NCBI GenBank assembly: GCA_003241965.1
Contig: QBMB01000001.1
Location: 231,068-295,067, forward strand
DNA length: 64,000 bases
Direction: 5' to 3'
Origin: Burkholderiales bacterium
GTDB lineage: Bacteria; Pseudomonadota; Gammaproteobacteria; Burkholderiales; Burkholderiaceae_C
Numbering within the stretch: the stretch's first letter is position 1; each line of letters opens with the position of its first letter. The notes below the pieces were generated by a model. That model did not search any database. It worked only from the letters and a program-made list of their open reading frames with translations, and was not told where the DNA came from. The position numbers and the translations under genes were made by a program. Positions 26,751-35,632 of the stretch are shown one piece after another.

Positions 26751-27815
26751 GTGAACATCAAAGCAGAGGACCTTGTTTTTGGTCGCTGGCCGGAGATTCT
26801 GTCGGCCGCGGGCATGGACAGCCGGTTCTTCAACCTGAAAAACGGTCCCTGCCCCTTCTGTGGAGGCTCGGACAGGTTTCGATGGGCGAAGAAGAACGGC
26901 GGCTGCTGGGTCTGCAACCAGTGCACCGAAGGGCGTTACGCCAGCGGCTTTCGCATGCTGATGGACCACATGGGGTACCGCAGCTTCCGCGAGGCGGCTG
27001 ACCATGTGCGCAGCTACTTCGGGGCTGGCGAGCACATCCAGGCCATCGTTCGCGAGGCACGTGAGGCCCGTGGGAACGAGATGTCGCCTGACCAGGCGCA
27101 GCGCAATCTGCAGCGCATCATGCGGTTCTGGGACGAAGGGCGTTCGATCACCCGTGACGATCCGGTTGACCGCTACCTGCGCCGCCGTGTGCCAGGGCTC
27201 GACGTGGAGCCCTGCATGCTGCGCTACCACCCGGCATTGGAGTACTGGGCACCCCCGGAGCAAGAGGGCGGTAAGCCGGTGTCACTGGGTAAACACCCCG
27301 CGATGCTGGCGCTGGCCCTCGATGTCCATGGAGATCCTGTGCAGCTGCACAAGACCTTCCTGACACCCGCTGGGGAGAAGGCCGCAGTGCCGCTGACCAA
27401 GAAGACGGACTACGGGCTCGGGATCACCTCGTTTGCCATTCGGATGATGGAGCCCTTGGGCGACACGCTGGGGGTGAGCGAGGGGATCGAGACGGGCTTG
27501 GCCGCGGTGATGTTGCGCAGGATTCCTGTGTGGCCTTGCCTGAATGGTCCAGCCATGGCGCAGTTCCAGTTGCCGGAGGAGCTCAAGGGCCAGATCCGGC
27601 GGCTGGTGATCTTTGCGGATCACGACGAACGCAAGCGGGCGGGGGTTGTTGACGGGGTGCAGAAGTTTCGGCGCCCAGGCAGCTTCTACGCTGAACAGCT
27701 GGCACAGCGCGTCCGCAAGGAAGGCGTGAAGGTCTTGGTCATCAAGGCCGCCAGCGAGGGCCAGGACATGGCCAACCAGTGGGTCGCTCAGTGCGAGCGG
27801 AGCCACAACCACTGA
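26751..27815 (+). CDS. Zn-ribbon/Toprim primase-like protein
   Basis: GPCPFCGGSDRF...CNQC zinc finger; VSEGIETGLA and IFADHD Toprim motifs; AAGGAG RBS. Confidence 0.88.
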   Translation: MNIKAEDLVFGRWPEILSAAGMDSRFFNLKNGPCPFCGGSDRFRWAKKNGGCWVCNQCTEGRYASGFRMLMDHMGYRSFREAADHVRSYFGAGEHIQAIVREAREARGNEMSPDQAQRNLQRIMRFWDEGRSITRDDPVDRYLRRRVPGLDVEPCMLRYHPALEYWAPPEQEGGKPVSLGKHPAMLALALDVHGDPVQLHKTFLTPAGEKAAVPLTKKTDYGLGITSFAIRMMEPLGDTLGVSEGIETGLAAVMLRRIPVWPCLNGPAMAQFQLPEELKGQIRRLVIFADHDERKRAGVVDGVQKFRRPGSFYAEQLAQRVRKEGVKVLVIKAASEGQDMANQWVAQCERSHNH

Positions 27816-27822
27816 AATTGAG

Positions 27823-27856
27823 AAAGCCACCAGTCGCAAGACTCGGTGGCTTTTTT
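27823..27856 (+). terminator. Intrinsic terminator
   Basis: AAAGCCACC-AGTC-GCAA-GACT-CGGTGGCTTTTTT. Confidence 0.8.
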
Positions 27857-28138
27857 CATTGGGCGACGCATTTTCTCTTCCGGCATCCCACTCCGCCAAT
27901 CTTTGCTGCCATCTGGCAAACCCTTCCTCGCAACAGGACAGCTAGGCTTGGGCACGCTCTTGCCCGTGACGCGCTAGCTTGGGGCGCCAATTCGTCACTT
28001 CATGGCATGAGAGGTGCTACTGGTTCCCCGTCTGACAGCATGCCCACCGACCCCGCGAAGATCGAAGCAGAACCCATGATGCCCAACCATCGCCGATCGT
28101 GCACCGCGCACACAGTGCCAACCTCACAGCGGCGCTTC

Positions 28139-28873
28139 TCAGGAAATGATGAGGAACGCCTCGCCGTCCTGCGGGACGTTCTTGGGTGCCTTGAGAACCG
28201 TGACGAGTTGGGAGAAATGGTGCATCCCGTCGCCCAGGTTGCCGGTCTGAAAGTCCGAGTCGCGGTTTTCGGCTTCCGCGATGGTGGGTTTCAAGGTGGT
28301 TGTCGCCTTGCCGTCGAAGCTCTGAAAGGTCGCTCGAAGCGGGCTTTGGGCCACGCACCGACGAAGCTCAAACCCGGCCTTGTTTCCCAGCAGGTAGATC
28401 TGTTCCTTGCGCACTTCCATGGGCATGAAGGGGACCTCCATCACGATCAAGTAGTCCCCGCCCCGGATGCCGAAACCCATTTCCCCTCGCGAACGGAAGT
28501 AGAGCAGCTGGTCATCCATTCCGACCGAACCGCCTGCGATGTCTTCCGGTAGCGCGAGCGCCAGGTCCTCACCTGGTCCGATTGAGTGGACGACTTTTGT
28601 CGATGCGGGGAAACTTGCCTCATTGACTTCAAGGAACCAGGTCAGCGGCTTCTGGAGATGCGAACTTATGGCTGCCAGCAGCTTGAGGTCGGGGATGGCG
28701 TCCCCGTTCAGCAGGGCAAAGGCCTCGCTCTCGTGGATGCCGATTTGTGCTGCGAAGGTGCGACTTCTGTCACGCAAGAGCGGGGAATAGCCCAGGCTGT
28801 CGAGTGAAATGCGCAGCCGAGCCCTAAATCGCCGAGCAAGTGCGTCGATAGGGCTTACTTGAAGGCTTGACAT
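28139..28873 (-). CDS. CI/SetR-like repressor (XRE HTH plus degenerate S24-like C-domain)
   Basis: HTH: FAAQIGIHESEAFALLNGDAIPDLKLLAAISSHLQKPLTWF; C-domain RGEMGFGIRGGDYLIV. Divergent from the FlhDC-like genes. Confidence 0.7.
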   Translation of the reverse strand: MSSLQVSPIDALARRFRARLRISLDSLGYSPLLRDRSRTFAAQIGIHESEAFALLNGDAIPDLKLLAAISSHLQKPLTWFLEVNEASFPASTKVVHSIGPGEDLALALPEDIAGGSVGMDDQLLYFRSRGEMGFGIRGGDYLIVMEVPFMPMEVRKEQIYLLGNKAGFELRRCVAQSPLRATFQSFDGKATTTLKPTIAEAENRDSDFQTGNLGDGMHHFSQLVTVLKAPKNVPQDGEAFLIIS

Positions 28874-28983
28874 GCGTTCGCGCCGTGGTTTGATAGGTGA
28901 ATGAAATCCCCACAAGGGGTTTCGATTCTTGGGTGACAAGCAGGAAGTTTCGAAGTGTTCCTGTTTGCATGTAACGACCGATC

Positions 28984-29667
28984 TTGATGATCGTCAAGGG
29001 AATAGTGAAAACAATGTTGATGACGCATATCGAATCTCAAGTTCTCGCCAACGCCGGGCAGACCAACTGGGCCCGGGCTCTCCAGACTCAGCAAGCTCAG
29101 ATCCATCAACTCCCCAACTACGTGCGTTCCATCCGCACGGAAAACCTCAAGGCACTCTCACGCCGCTGGAACCTCGCTCGTAGCACGGAGTTGATCGACT
29201 CCCGTGTGCTCTCCCGGTGGTTTCCGGGGCAGCGCGGCCTCCTTGAAATGCTGGCCGTCATGAGCGATGAGGAGGTCGCAAGGGTCGCCTCCTGCAATTC
29301 GCCCATTTTCAGCCTCAGTCTTCACGACGGCATCAACCCTGCAGCCTCTGCATCGCTGAGTCAGCCAGGCGAGTTCGAGGCAGCCAACCGCCATGAAGCG
29401 TTCATGGCGTTGATGACCCGCCGAGAAAACGTGATCGAATGCACAGATCAGGCAACCGTGCAGTATGACTTATCGTCCGCCGACGTGAAGGTCCTCTCCA
29501 AGTGCGAATCTCACGAGTTGTGGGACCTGTCGGCAAACCCTTCCCTGGTGCTGCAGCCGGTGGCCAGTGACCAATGGCTCATGGTAGCTGCTGTCCGAGA
29601 TTTGACCGTGGCGCAGCGCACGCTCTATCTGGGCATGTCCAAGCGCTCCAAAGCCAGCATCCACTAA
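28984..29667 (+). CDS. FlhD-like activator subunit (AcaD/SetD-like), apparently two FlhD-like repeats
   Basis: ENLKAL...MSDEEVARVASCNSPIF and QATVQYDLS...LWDLSANPSLV; directly upstream of the FlhC-like gene. Confidence 0.6.
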   Translation: MMIVKGIVKTMLMTHIESQVLANAGQTNWARALQTQQAQIHQLPNYVRSIRTENLKALSRRWNLARSTELIDSRVLSRWFPGQRGLLEMLAVMSDEEVARVASCNSPIFSLSLHDGINPAASASLSQPGEFEAANRHEAFMALMTRRENVIECTDQATVQYDLSSADVKVLSKCESHELWDLSANPSLVLQPVASDQWLMVAAVRDLTVAQRTLYLGMSKRSKASIH

Positions 29668-29690
29668 AAATTCGATCCAGGGATTCCTCC

Positions 29691-30356
29691 ATGACCACCT
29701 TCCTCTCTCCAGCTATCGGCACCACCGGCAACCGCAGGGCGCTCTTTGATGACCCCTTGTGGGATGAGCGCTTCGAGGTGCTGATCACGTTGACGACGCG
29801 CACCCGCCTTATTAGGGAGCTGATGGGAACTGATGTCAGCGAGCAACGCATCAAAGAAGAAATGGACCGTCGCCTTCTCGGGCGCGAAGGCGGCAAGGTG
29901 ATGCGACCACGCGGAGCTGGCCAGTCCCCAGCCTCCAAGGCGTTCCTCGAAAGCGGTGCCGAGCGATTCGATGCCGCCTACCTGGTGGGCCTTCACTTCG
30001 GCGTGCGCGGCAACGGTGAGTACAGCGAGGCTGAGACCAACTACGCGCGCAACGTCGACAAGCTGATCCACGTGTACTCCAAGTACCGCGCCGACGCCCC
30101 TCCCAGTGGTGACACCCACCGCATCTCGTTCGAGGTCTATCACCTGCTGATCAACGGGATCAAATCTGGTGACATCGACATGAAGACCTGCAGCGTCTGC
30201 AACACCAAGCACCCGGTGCCTCGCCGTCATGAGGGTCTGGCTCAGTGTCCCGCGTGCGCCACCCAGGATCTGGGTGTGAGTCAGGTCAAGCGCGAGATGG
30301 ACGCACGACTGGCTGCGTACCGCGCATCTCGCAATCAATTGGCCAAGTTCGGTTGA
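29691..30356 (+). CDS. FlhC-like activator subunit (AcaC/SetC-like)
   Basis: RPRG...ISFEVYHLLINGIKSGDIDMKTCSVC...CPAC zinc finger. Confidence 0.8.
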   Translation: MTTFLSPAIGTTGNRRALFDDPLWDERFEVLITLTTRTRLIRELMGTDVSEQRIKEEMDRRLLGREGGKVMRPRGAGQSPASKAFLESGAERFDAAYLVGLHFGVRGNGEYSEAETNYARNVDKLIHVYSKYRADAPPSGDTHRISFEVYHLLINGIKSGDIDMKTCSVCNTKHPVPRRHEGLAQCPACATQDLGVSQVKREMDARLAAYRASRNQLAKFG

Positions 30357-30429
30357 GAGGGGCCGTATCGGGGTGAAACCCCCAAGTTGGCCGGGGTAGG
30401 CCAGCGAGCATCGGTGGAAAACTACCCCA

Positions 30430-32325
30430 ATGCTCCAAAAATGGCTCTCTCTTCTGCGCCGTCCCCAACCCGGGGCCACCGGCCCGACCACCCCCCAGTC
30501 AAACGCGGCTCCCCGCGCGACGCAGGGAGTGGCCGCCTCAGCAGCTCAACCCCCCGCGTATCCTCCCGTCGATCAGGGCCTGCCCGTCAGCACCCCTGAG
30601 GGGCTCCTGGCCGCCAACGCGGAGCTGATCGACCGCCTGCGTCTGCATGCCGCAACAGACGTGGACACGTTCCGAGAGCGCTTTGAAGTGCCTCTCCTCA
30701 ATCTTGCCGAGCAGATCAATGCGTTGCCTGCCACCTCAAGCGGCTTGTTTGCAGGGGAGGGAGGCTTGTTCCGCGCTTCGCTGGAGATGGCCTTCTTCAG
30801 TTTTCAGGCGGCAGACGGGCGCATTTTCACTGGAACCGAAACCGTTGAGCGACGCCACGCCCTGGAAGGCCGGTGGCGCTACGTCTGTTTCCTCGCGGGG
30901 ATGTTCTACCCATTGGGCACAAGCCTGGACACGATCATCTTGACAAGCAGCGCCGGCGGCGTCTGGCGTCGGCACTTTGGCAGTCTTACCTCTTGGGCAC
31001 AGCAGAACGAAGTCACCCGCCTTTTCGCGGCATGGCCCAACGTGGACGAGAACCTGCAGCAGATCGGCCCGAGCAGCCACATCGCGTCACTCATCGCCAC
31101 GGTCGTCGGCGCGAAGAACCTGCAGTGGCTGGAAGACGGCTCCTCCGAACTGGTGAAGGCTGTGTACGAAATCAGTTCTGGGCATACGACCACCGCCCGG
31201 AACTGCAAAGACGTTGTGGTCAGCATGTGGGAGCGCATCGCGCGCCGAGAAGAAGCCCGGCGTCCCCAGGCGTTTGGACGCCAGGTGGTAGGCACGCATC
31301 TCGGGCCCTACCTCGTTGGCGCCATTCGCAGCTTGCTCGGCACGCCCGCTTGGAAGCTCAACGGGGACCGCGTGAAGGCAGACAGCAGCGGCCTCTACTT
31401 GCTGTGGCCTCAGGCGATTGAGGATCTGGCAGCGTTTGGCGTTAAGCAGGGCTACCAGGGGTGGCCAGCCACCGCTGGAACGATTGCAGAACTGTTGCGG
31501 GCCTCTCAGGTGGTCATCAACTCAGGTGAAGACCTCGGCATGGTCGAGGTGGTCGGCGACGAGGGAGAGATCGTCAAAGCGCTCAAGGTGAAGAATCCGC
31601 TGTCTGTCCTTGAGGACTTCGATCCAGAGACCTTCGCCAGCCAGAGCCCGAAGACGCTCGAGGCCGTGATTGCGGCAGATCCGCTGGCCGCCGCAGAAGC
31701 GAAGGCCGAGGCTACTCAGGCCGCAGGTCGCAAGCGAGCAAAGGAAGCGCCGGCAGCGGCTGCAAAGGAAGCGGTCGAGCCAGCGCCTTCCGTCCCGGAG
31801 CAGACCACTGAAGCCCTGTTCGTGCAGGAAGAACAGCCGCAGTTGCCACCCGAGGCGGTGCAGTCGCCGGTTGTCGAGCGCGCGCGCGCGGAAGTTACTT
31901 CTGAGGTCGCAAACAAGACCGAAGCTGCAGCCGTGACTGAGGCGAGCCAACCCGACACCTCGGCGATCCGTGAGGCCGCTGAGGTTCGCTTCAGTGATTT
32001 GGTGCCTCAGGAAGTCCAGAAGGACATCAAGAAGCGCTTGCACGTCGAGTTGCTGGGAAAGGTCATCAAGGCGTGGCGTGACCGAGGCGAGAACAGCAAG
32101 TCCATGCGCATGACGGACAACGGGGCCGCGATCACCGTGGTCTTCCTCGGCACCATCGTGCGCGACGTGGCCAGCTGGGTTGGAGAGATGGCAGCGGCTG
32201 GGCTCATCTACAGCCCGCCCTCAACGCCGGGTTTGAAGATCAACAAGGTGTCCATCCCTGAGGGCGCTCCGCCCAAAGAGGCGGTCATCCTCTCACGCTT
32301 CGCCGTGAAAAAGCTGGGGCTCTGA
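30430..32325 (+). CDS. MobH/TraI_2-family relaxase-like protein with degenerate metal-binding motifs
   Basis: FEVPLLNLAEQINALPA......GEGGLFRASLEMA N-domain and position before traD. The HHH and HD positions lack His. Confidence 0.8.
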   Translation: MLQKWLSLLRRPQPGATGPTTPQSNAAPRATQGVAASAAQPPAYPPVDQGLPVSTPEGLLAANAELIDRLRLHAATDVDTFRERFEVPLLNLAEQINALPATSSGLFAGEGGLFRASLEMAFFSFQAADGRIFTGTETVERRHALEGRWRYVCFLAGMFYPLGTSLDTIILTSSAGGVWRRHFGSLTSWAQQNEVTRLFAAWPNVDENLQQIGPSSHIASLIATVVGAKNLQWLEDGSSELVKAVYEISSGHTTTARNCKDVVVSMWERIARREEARRPQAFGRQVVGTHLGPYLVGAIRSLLGTPAWKLNGDRVKADSSGLYLLWPQAIEDLAAFGVKQGYQGWPATAGTIAELLRASQVVINSGEDLGMVEVVGDEGEIVKALKVKNPLSVLEDFDPETFASQSPKTLEAVIAADPLAAAEAKAEATQAAGRKRAKEAPAAAAKEAVEPAPSVPEQTTEALFVQEEQPQLPPEAVQSPVVERARAEVTSEVANKTEAAAVTEASQPDTSAIREAAEVRFSDLVPQEVQKDIKKRLHVELLGKVIKAWRDRGENSKSMRMTDNGAAITVVFLGTIVRDVASWVGEMAAAGLIYSPPSTPGLKINKVSIPEGAPPKEAVILSRFAVKKLGL

Positions 32326-32326
32326 A

Positions 32327-34282
32327 ATGGCAGAAAAGAAACGTTTCGAACAGTTGCTGCGCCCTGTCTACGAGGCGCGCGCTGCAATCGCTTGGGCCTT
32401 CGCATGCATATGGATGGCGGGCGTGAGCATTGCGCTCGAAGCGCCGAAGCTTGCCTTGGTGGCATGTGCGCTGCTGGCCCTGAGCATGACGGGTCTGCGA
32501 TTCCTGTCGGCCAACCGCCTCTTGAAATACAAGATGTCCTTGCTCGGCTTGCCCACGGTGATCATGCCGGCCACCCGGTTGAAGAACTCCATGGACAAGC
32601 TGGGCAACAACCTGTGGCTCGGCTGGGGCTACCGCTGGGAGCCTCGCCACACCCAGCGCGCCTACGAAATCATGAAGCGCGATCTTGAAGACGTGTACCC
32701 CCCGTCCTGGTGGTTGAAGTGGCGCGGCGACAAGCGTGACCCATTGCAGTCCAAAGGCTTGCCGTGGATTCATGGTCTGGACATGGGCGAAACCGATGTG
32801 ATCCTGCCCTTCGATTCGCTCAAGGGCCATTGCGCCATCATCGCCACCACGGGCGCCATCAAAACCCGTCTCGCCGCGCTGGTGATTTTCCAGCTGGCCA
32901 TGCGCGGCGACTGCGTCATCGTCATCGATCCGAAGGGCGACAAGGACCTGCGCGAGATCTGCCGCCAAGCCGCCATCCTTTCAGGCAAGCCCGAGCGCTT
33001 CCTGATGCTGCACCCAGCGTTCGCCAGTGAATCGGTGCGGCTGGACCTGATCAAGAACTGGGACCGCGTGTCGCAGGTTGCATCGCGCATCACGATGGTG
33101 CTCGACAGCCAGGAATCGGACAACTTCAAGGAATTCTGTTGGATGGCCGTGCACAGGATCACCAACGCCATGAAGTATGTCGGTCGGCGCGTGTCGATCT
33201 ACACACTCAAGACGGCCATGGAGTCGCGGACGGCCGTCGAGGCGCTCACCACCCAAGCTCTCAAGAAGTTTTTCGAGGAAGACTGTGTGCAGCTGCACGA
33301 GGCCTTGGAGAAGCAGCTCAACGCGCAGGCCTCCGCAGGCGGCAAGCCGCAAAAGGGCGGGGTGGAAACCTCGTCGCCCGAGCTAGCCGCCATGATCAAG
33401 GTGTTCCAGGAAGCCGTGCCCGAGGATGAGGACCAGGCACGCATCACCGGCCTTCCCGTCAAGCCCGAGGAATTGCGAGGCCTGATCGCCATTCTGGAAG
33501 CCAACCGGGAGTGGTTCGGCAAGATGATCGTGTCGATCACGCCCATGCTGACGAAGCTGACCACCGATGACCTCAAAGGCCTGCTCTCGCCGGACTACGA
33601 CGACATCAACGACAAGCGTCCCATCATGGACGGCAAGCGCATCGTCGAAGGCAACCACATCCTCTACATCGGAACCGACACGTTGGCCGACGAATCGGTG
33701 GGCAGGGCAATCTCCACGATGGCGCTGGCCGAACTCTCTGCCGTGGCTGCCGAGATCTACAACCACGGTACCGCTTCGGACACCGGTGAGGAGCCCAGGC
33801 GCGTCCACGTCGTGATTGATGAATGGGGTGATGCGGTGTGCGCGCCGGTCATCCAGCAGGCGAACAAGGGCCGTGGGGCTGGCTTCTTCATCTGGGCCTT
33901 GGGCCAGACGTTCAGCGACCTCGTGGACAAGTTCCAAGGCAACACCGCACGAGCCAAGCGCTTCATCGGGAACATGAACAACATGATCGTCGGCGCGACC
34001 CAAGATCCCGACACGATGGCGCTCATAACTGAGAAATTGGGCGAAACAACCATCACTGTCCGGGGGCAATCAACGGGTATTGGGTCGAAGACCGAGGACG
34101 TTGGGCTGGAATTCTCGGCAAACTCAAGTACATCGATTTCGGAGAAGGACAAGGAGATCTTTCCTCGCTCACTGCTCCCCAGTCTGCCGGACCTGCACTA
34201 CATCGGGTTCTTCAACCGGGGCGAGCTGGTGAAGGGGCGAATCCCGGTCATTGTTGAAGACAAGAAGTACCGCAAAAAATGA
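32327..34282 (+). CDS. traD: Type IV coupling protein, SXT/PFGI TraD-like
   Basis: N-terminal TMs, LWLGWGYRW, IVIDPKGD, VIDEWGD, ANKGRGAGF, QTFSD, IGNMNN. The Walker A position reads ATTGAIKT. Confidence 0.9.
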   Translation: MAEKKRFEQLLRPVYEARAAIAWAFACIWMAGVSIALEAPKLALVACALLALSMTGLRFLSANRLLKYKMSLLGLPTVIMPATRLKNSMDKLGNNLWLGWGYRWEPRHTQRAYEIMKRDLEDVYPPSWWLKWRGDKRDPLQSKGLPWIHGLDMGETDVILPFDSLKGHCAIIATTGAIKTRLAALVIFQLAMRGDCVIVIDPKGDKDLREICRQAAILSGKPERFLMLHPAFASESVRLDLIKNWDRVSQVASRITMVLDSQESDNFKEFCWMAVHRITNAMKYVGRRVSIYTLKTAMESRTAVEALTTQALKKFFEEDCVQLHEALEKQLNAQASAGGKPQKGGVETSSPELAAMIKVFQEAVPEDEDQARITGLPVKPEELRGLIAILEANREWFGKMIVSITPMLTKLTTDDLKGLLSPDYDDINDKRPIMDGKRIVEGNHILYIGTDTLADESVGRAISTMALAELSAVAAEIYNHGTASDTGEEPRRVHVVIDEWGDAVCAPVIQQANKGRGAGFFIWALGQTFSDLVDKFQGNTARAKRFIGNMNNMIVGATQDPDTMALITEKLGETTITVRGQSTGIGSKTEDVGLEFSANSSTSISEKDKEIFPRSLLPSLPDLHYIGFFNRGELVKGRIPVIVEDKKYRKK

Positions 34283-34896
34283 CCACTATCGTCACGCTGA
34301 ACTCCGCCCGCGCCCGACTCGCCAAGCAAGACTTTGGCAGCGAGGGCACTGCGTATTGGCCCATCAGCGATCTGCACCAGTCCAATGAGGACGAGTGGAT
34401 CAACGACGCCATTCGTGAGATGCCCCATGAGGGTTTCGCACGCTCCATCTGGGCGCACCACCCGAACTTGAAAGAGGCGACCCAGAAGCTCGCTGCATAC
34501 ATCGGCCCGCGGTGGCCCGCGCGGGACGGCGGTGCGTTGCTCTCGCTTTGCATCCAGGAAGCCTGCATCCGCTGGCAGACCTCTGTCCAGAACGGTGAGG
34601 CGTTCCTTGGTCGCGTTGTGGGCGTGTACCTCTACGGTCTGACCGAACACGCAGCTGACGTGGCTCGCCTGACCATCACCGGGGTGGACGAGGCGGGCGC
34701 AACCCATCGCTGGACGCACTTCTCGGAGCCGCTTAAAGGTTGGGCCACTCGGCTTCGCATCGACACGGTGTGTGCCGAATTCGCCTCTCCTGCGCCCAGC
34801 GAAGTCGTGATCGCCGGTATCCGCACACACATGATCACGCACCTATCCAGCCCGGTCGACACAGGCTACCTCATCAAACACGCAGCCAACGGCTGA
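34279..34896 (+). CDS. Hypothetical protein
   Basis: ATGA-coupled to traD. Confidence 0.7.
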   Translation: MTTIVTLNSARARLAKQDFGSEGTAYWPISDLHQSNEDEWINDAIREMPHEGFARSIWAHHPNLKEATQKLAAYIGPRWPARDGGALLSLCIQEACIRWQTSVQNGEAFLGRVVGVYLYGLTEHAADVARLTITGVDEAGATHRWTHFSEPLKGWATRLRIDTVCAEFASPAPSEVVIAGIRTHMITHLSSPVDTGYLIKHAANG

Positions 34897-34911
34897 TCCG
34901 GGCCAGACGCA

Positions 34912-35550
34912 ATGAAGAACTCCCAGCACCTCGGCTTCTGGTTCCTGTTGGCATTCCTGGGCTTCATGCTTTCGCCCTTGCTTCGCAGTGGGGAAAGCAT
35001 GGAGCGCTTTGTCGTCGGAGAGATCGAGCAGACCAGAGCGGCCATGGGCGACAGTGCCGCAGACCTGGTGGTCGGATTCGCCAACGGGATATTCGAGAAC
35101 ACCCCCCTCACGGCAGTGGCCATCGCTGCCAAGACAGCCAAGCTCACCGATGACGAAAGGCGCCTGAGCAGCAAGGTGGCTGGCGTGGGTGGGGCTGTGA
35201 TGGGAAACATGTTCAACAGCTACATGCAGGGGCTGGTGTTGCAGTCATTCATCGTGGCCATGCGCCTGGCCATCGTGCTCATCTGGCTCGCGTTCCTCGC
35301 ACCCCTCTTCATCGCGTCGGTTTACGACGGACTGATGCAGCGCAACGTCAAAATGTCCGAGTTCGGTTCCTTGCGACCAGCCACGTTCACGCTCGCCGGC
35401 ATGGTGGTGATCCCAGTCATTGCTCTTCCAGTGATCTATCTCGTTTTGCCCTTCACGCTGTCGCCGCTGCTCGCGCCTGCGTGGGCTGCTTTGGTGGCGT
35501 TGCCACTTTCGATCCTTGTGTCGAATTCGCAGCCAATCTTCGGTAGATAA
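34912..35550 (+). CDS. DUF4400-family conjugative membrane protein
   Basis: FIASVYDGLMQRNVKMSEFGSLRP pattern, multiple TMs, follows traD. Confidence 0.85.
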   Translation: MKNSQHLGFWFLLAFLGFMLSPLLRSGESMERFVVGEIEQTRAAMGDSAADLVVGFANGIFENTPLTAVAIAAKTAKLTDDERRLSSKVAGVGGAVMGNMFNSYMQGLVLQSFIVAMRLAIVLIWLAFLAPLFIASVYDGLMQRNVKMSEFGSLRPATFTLAGMVVIPVIALPVIYLVLPFTLSPLLAPAWAALVALPLSILVSNSQPIFGR

Positions 35551-35559
35551 GTTGCCGTT

Positions 35560-35577
35560 TCCCCCGATATCGGGGGA
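35560..35577. promoter_or_regulatory. Perfect 18-bp palindrome upstream of the virB11 operon (candidate operator)
   Basis: TCCCCCGATATCGGGGGA. Confidence 0.5.
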
Positions 35578-35632
35578 TGTTTGCAGCGTTGAGTAGGGGA
35601 GGTGATGGGGCTTGCGGCCCAAGAATCCTTGT

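Noticed and set aside
30357-30429. oriT
   Set aside because: Small inverted repeats are present but no recognisable nic motif; cannot be supported.
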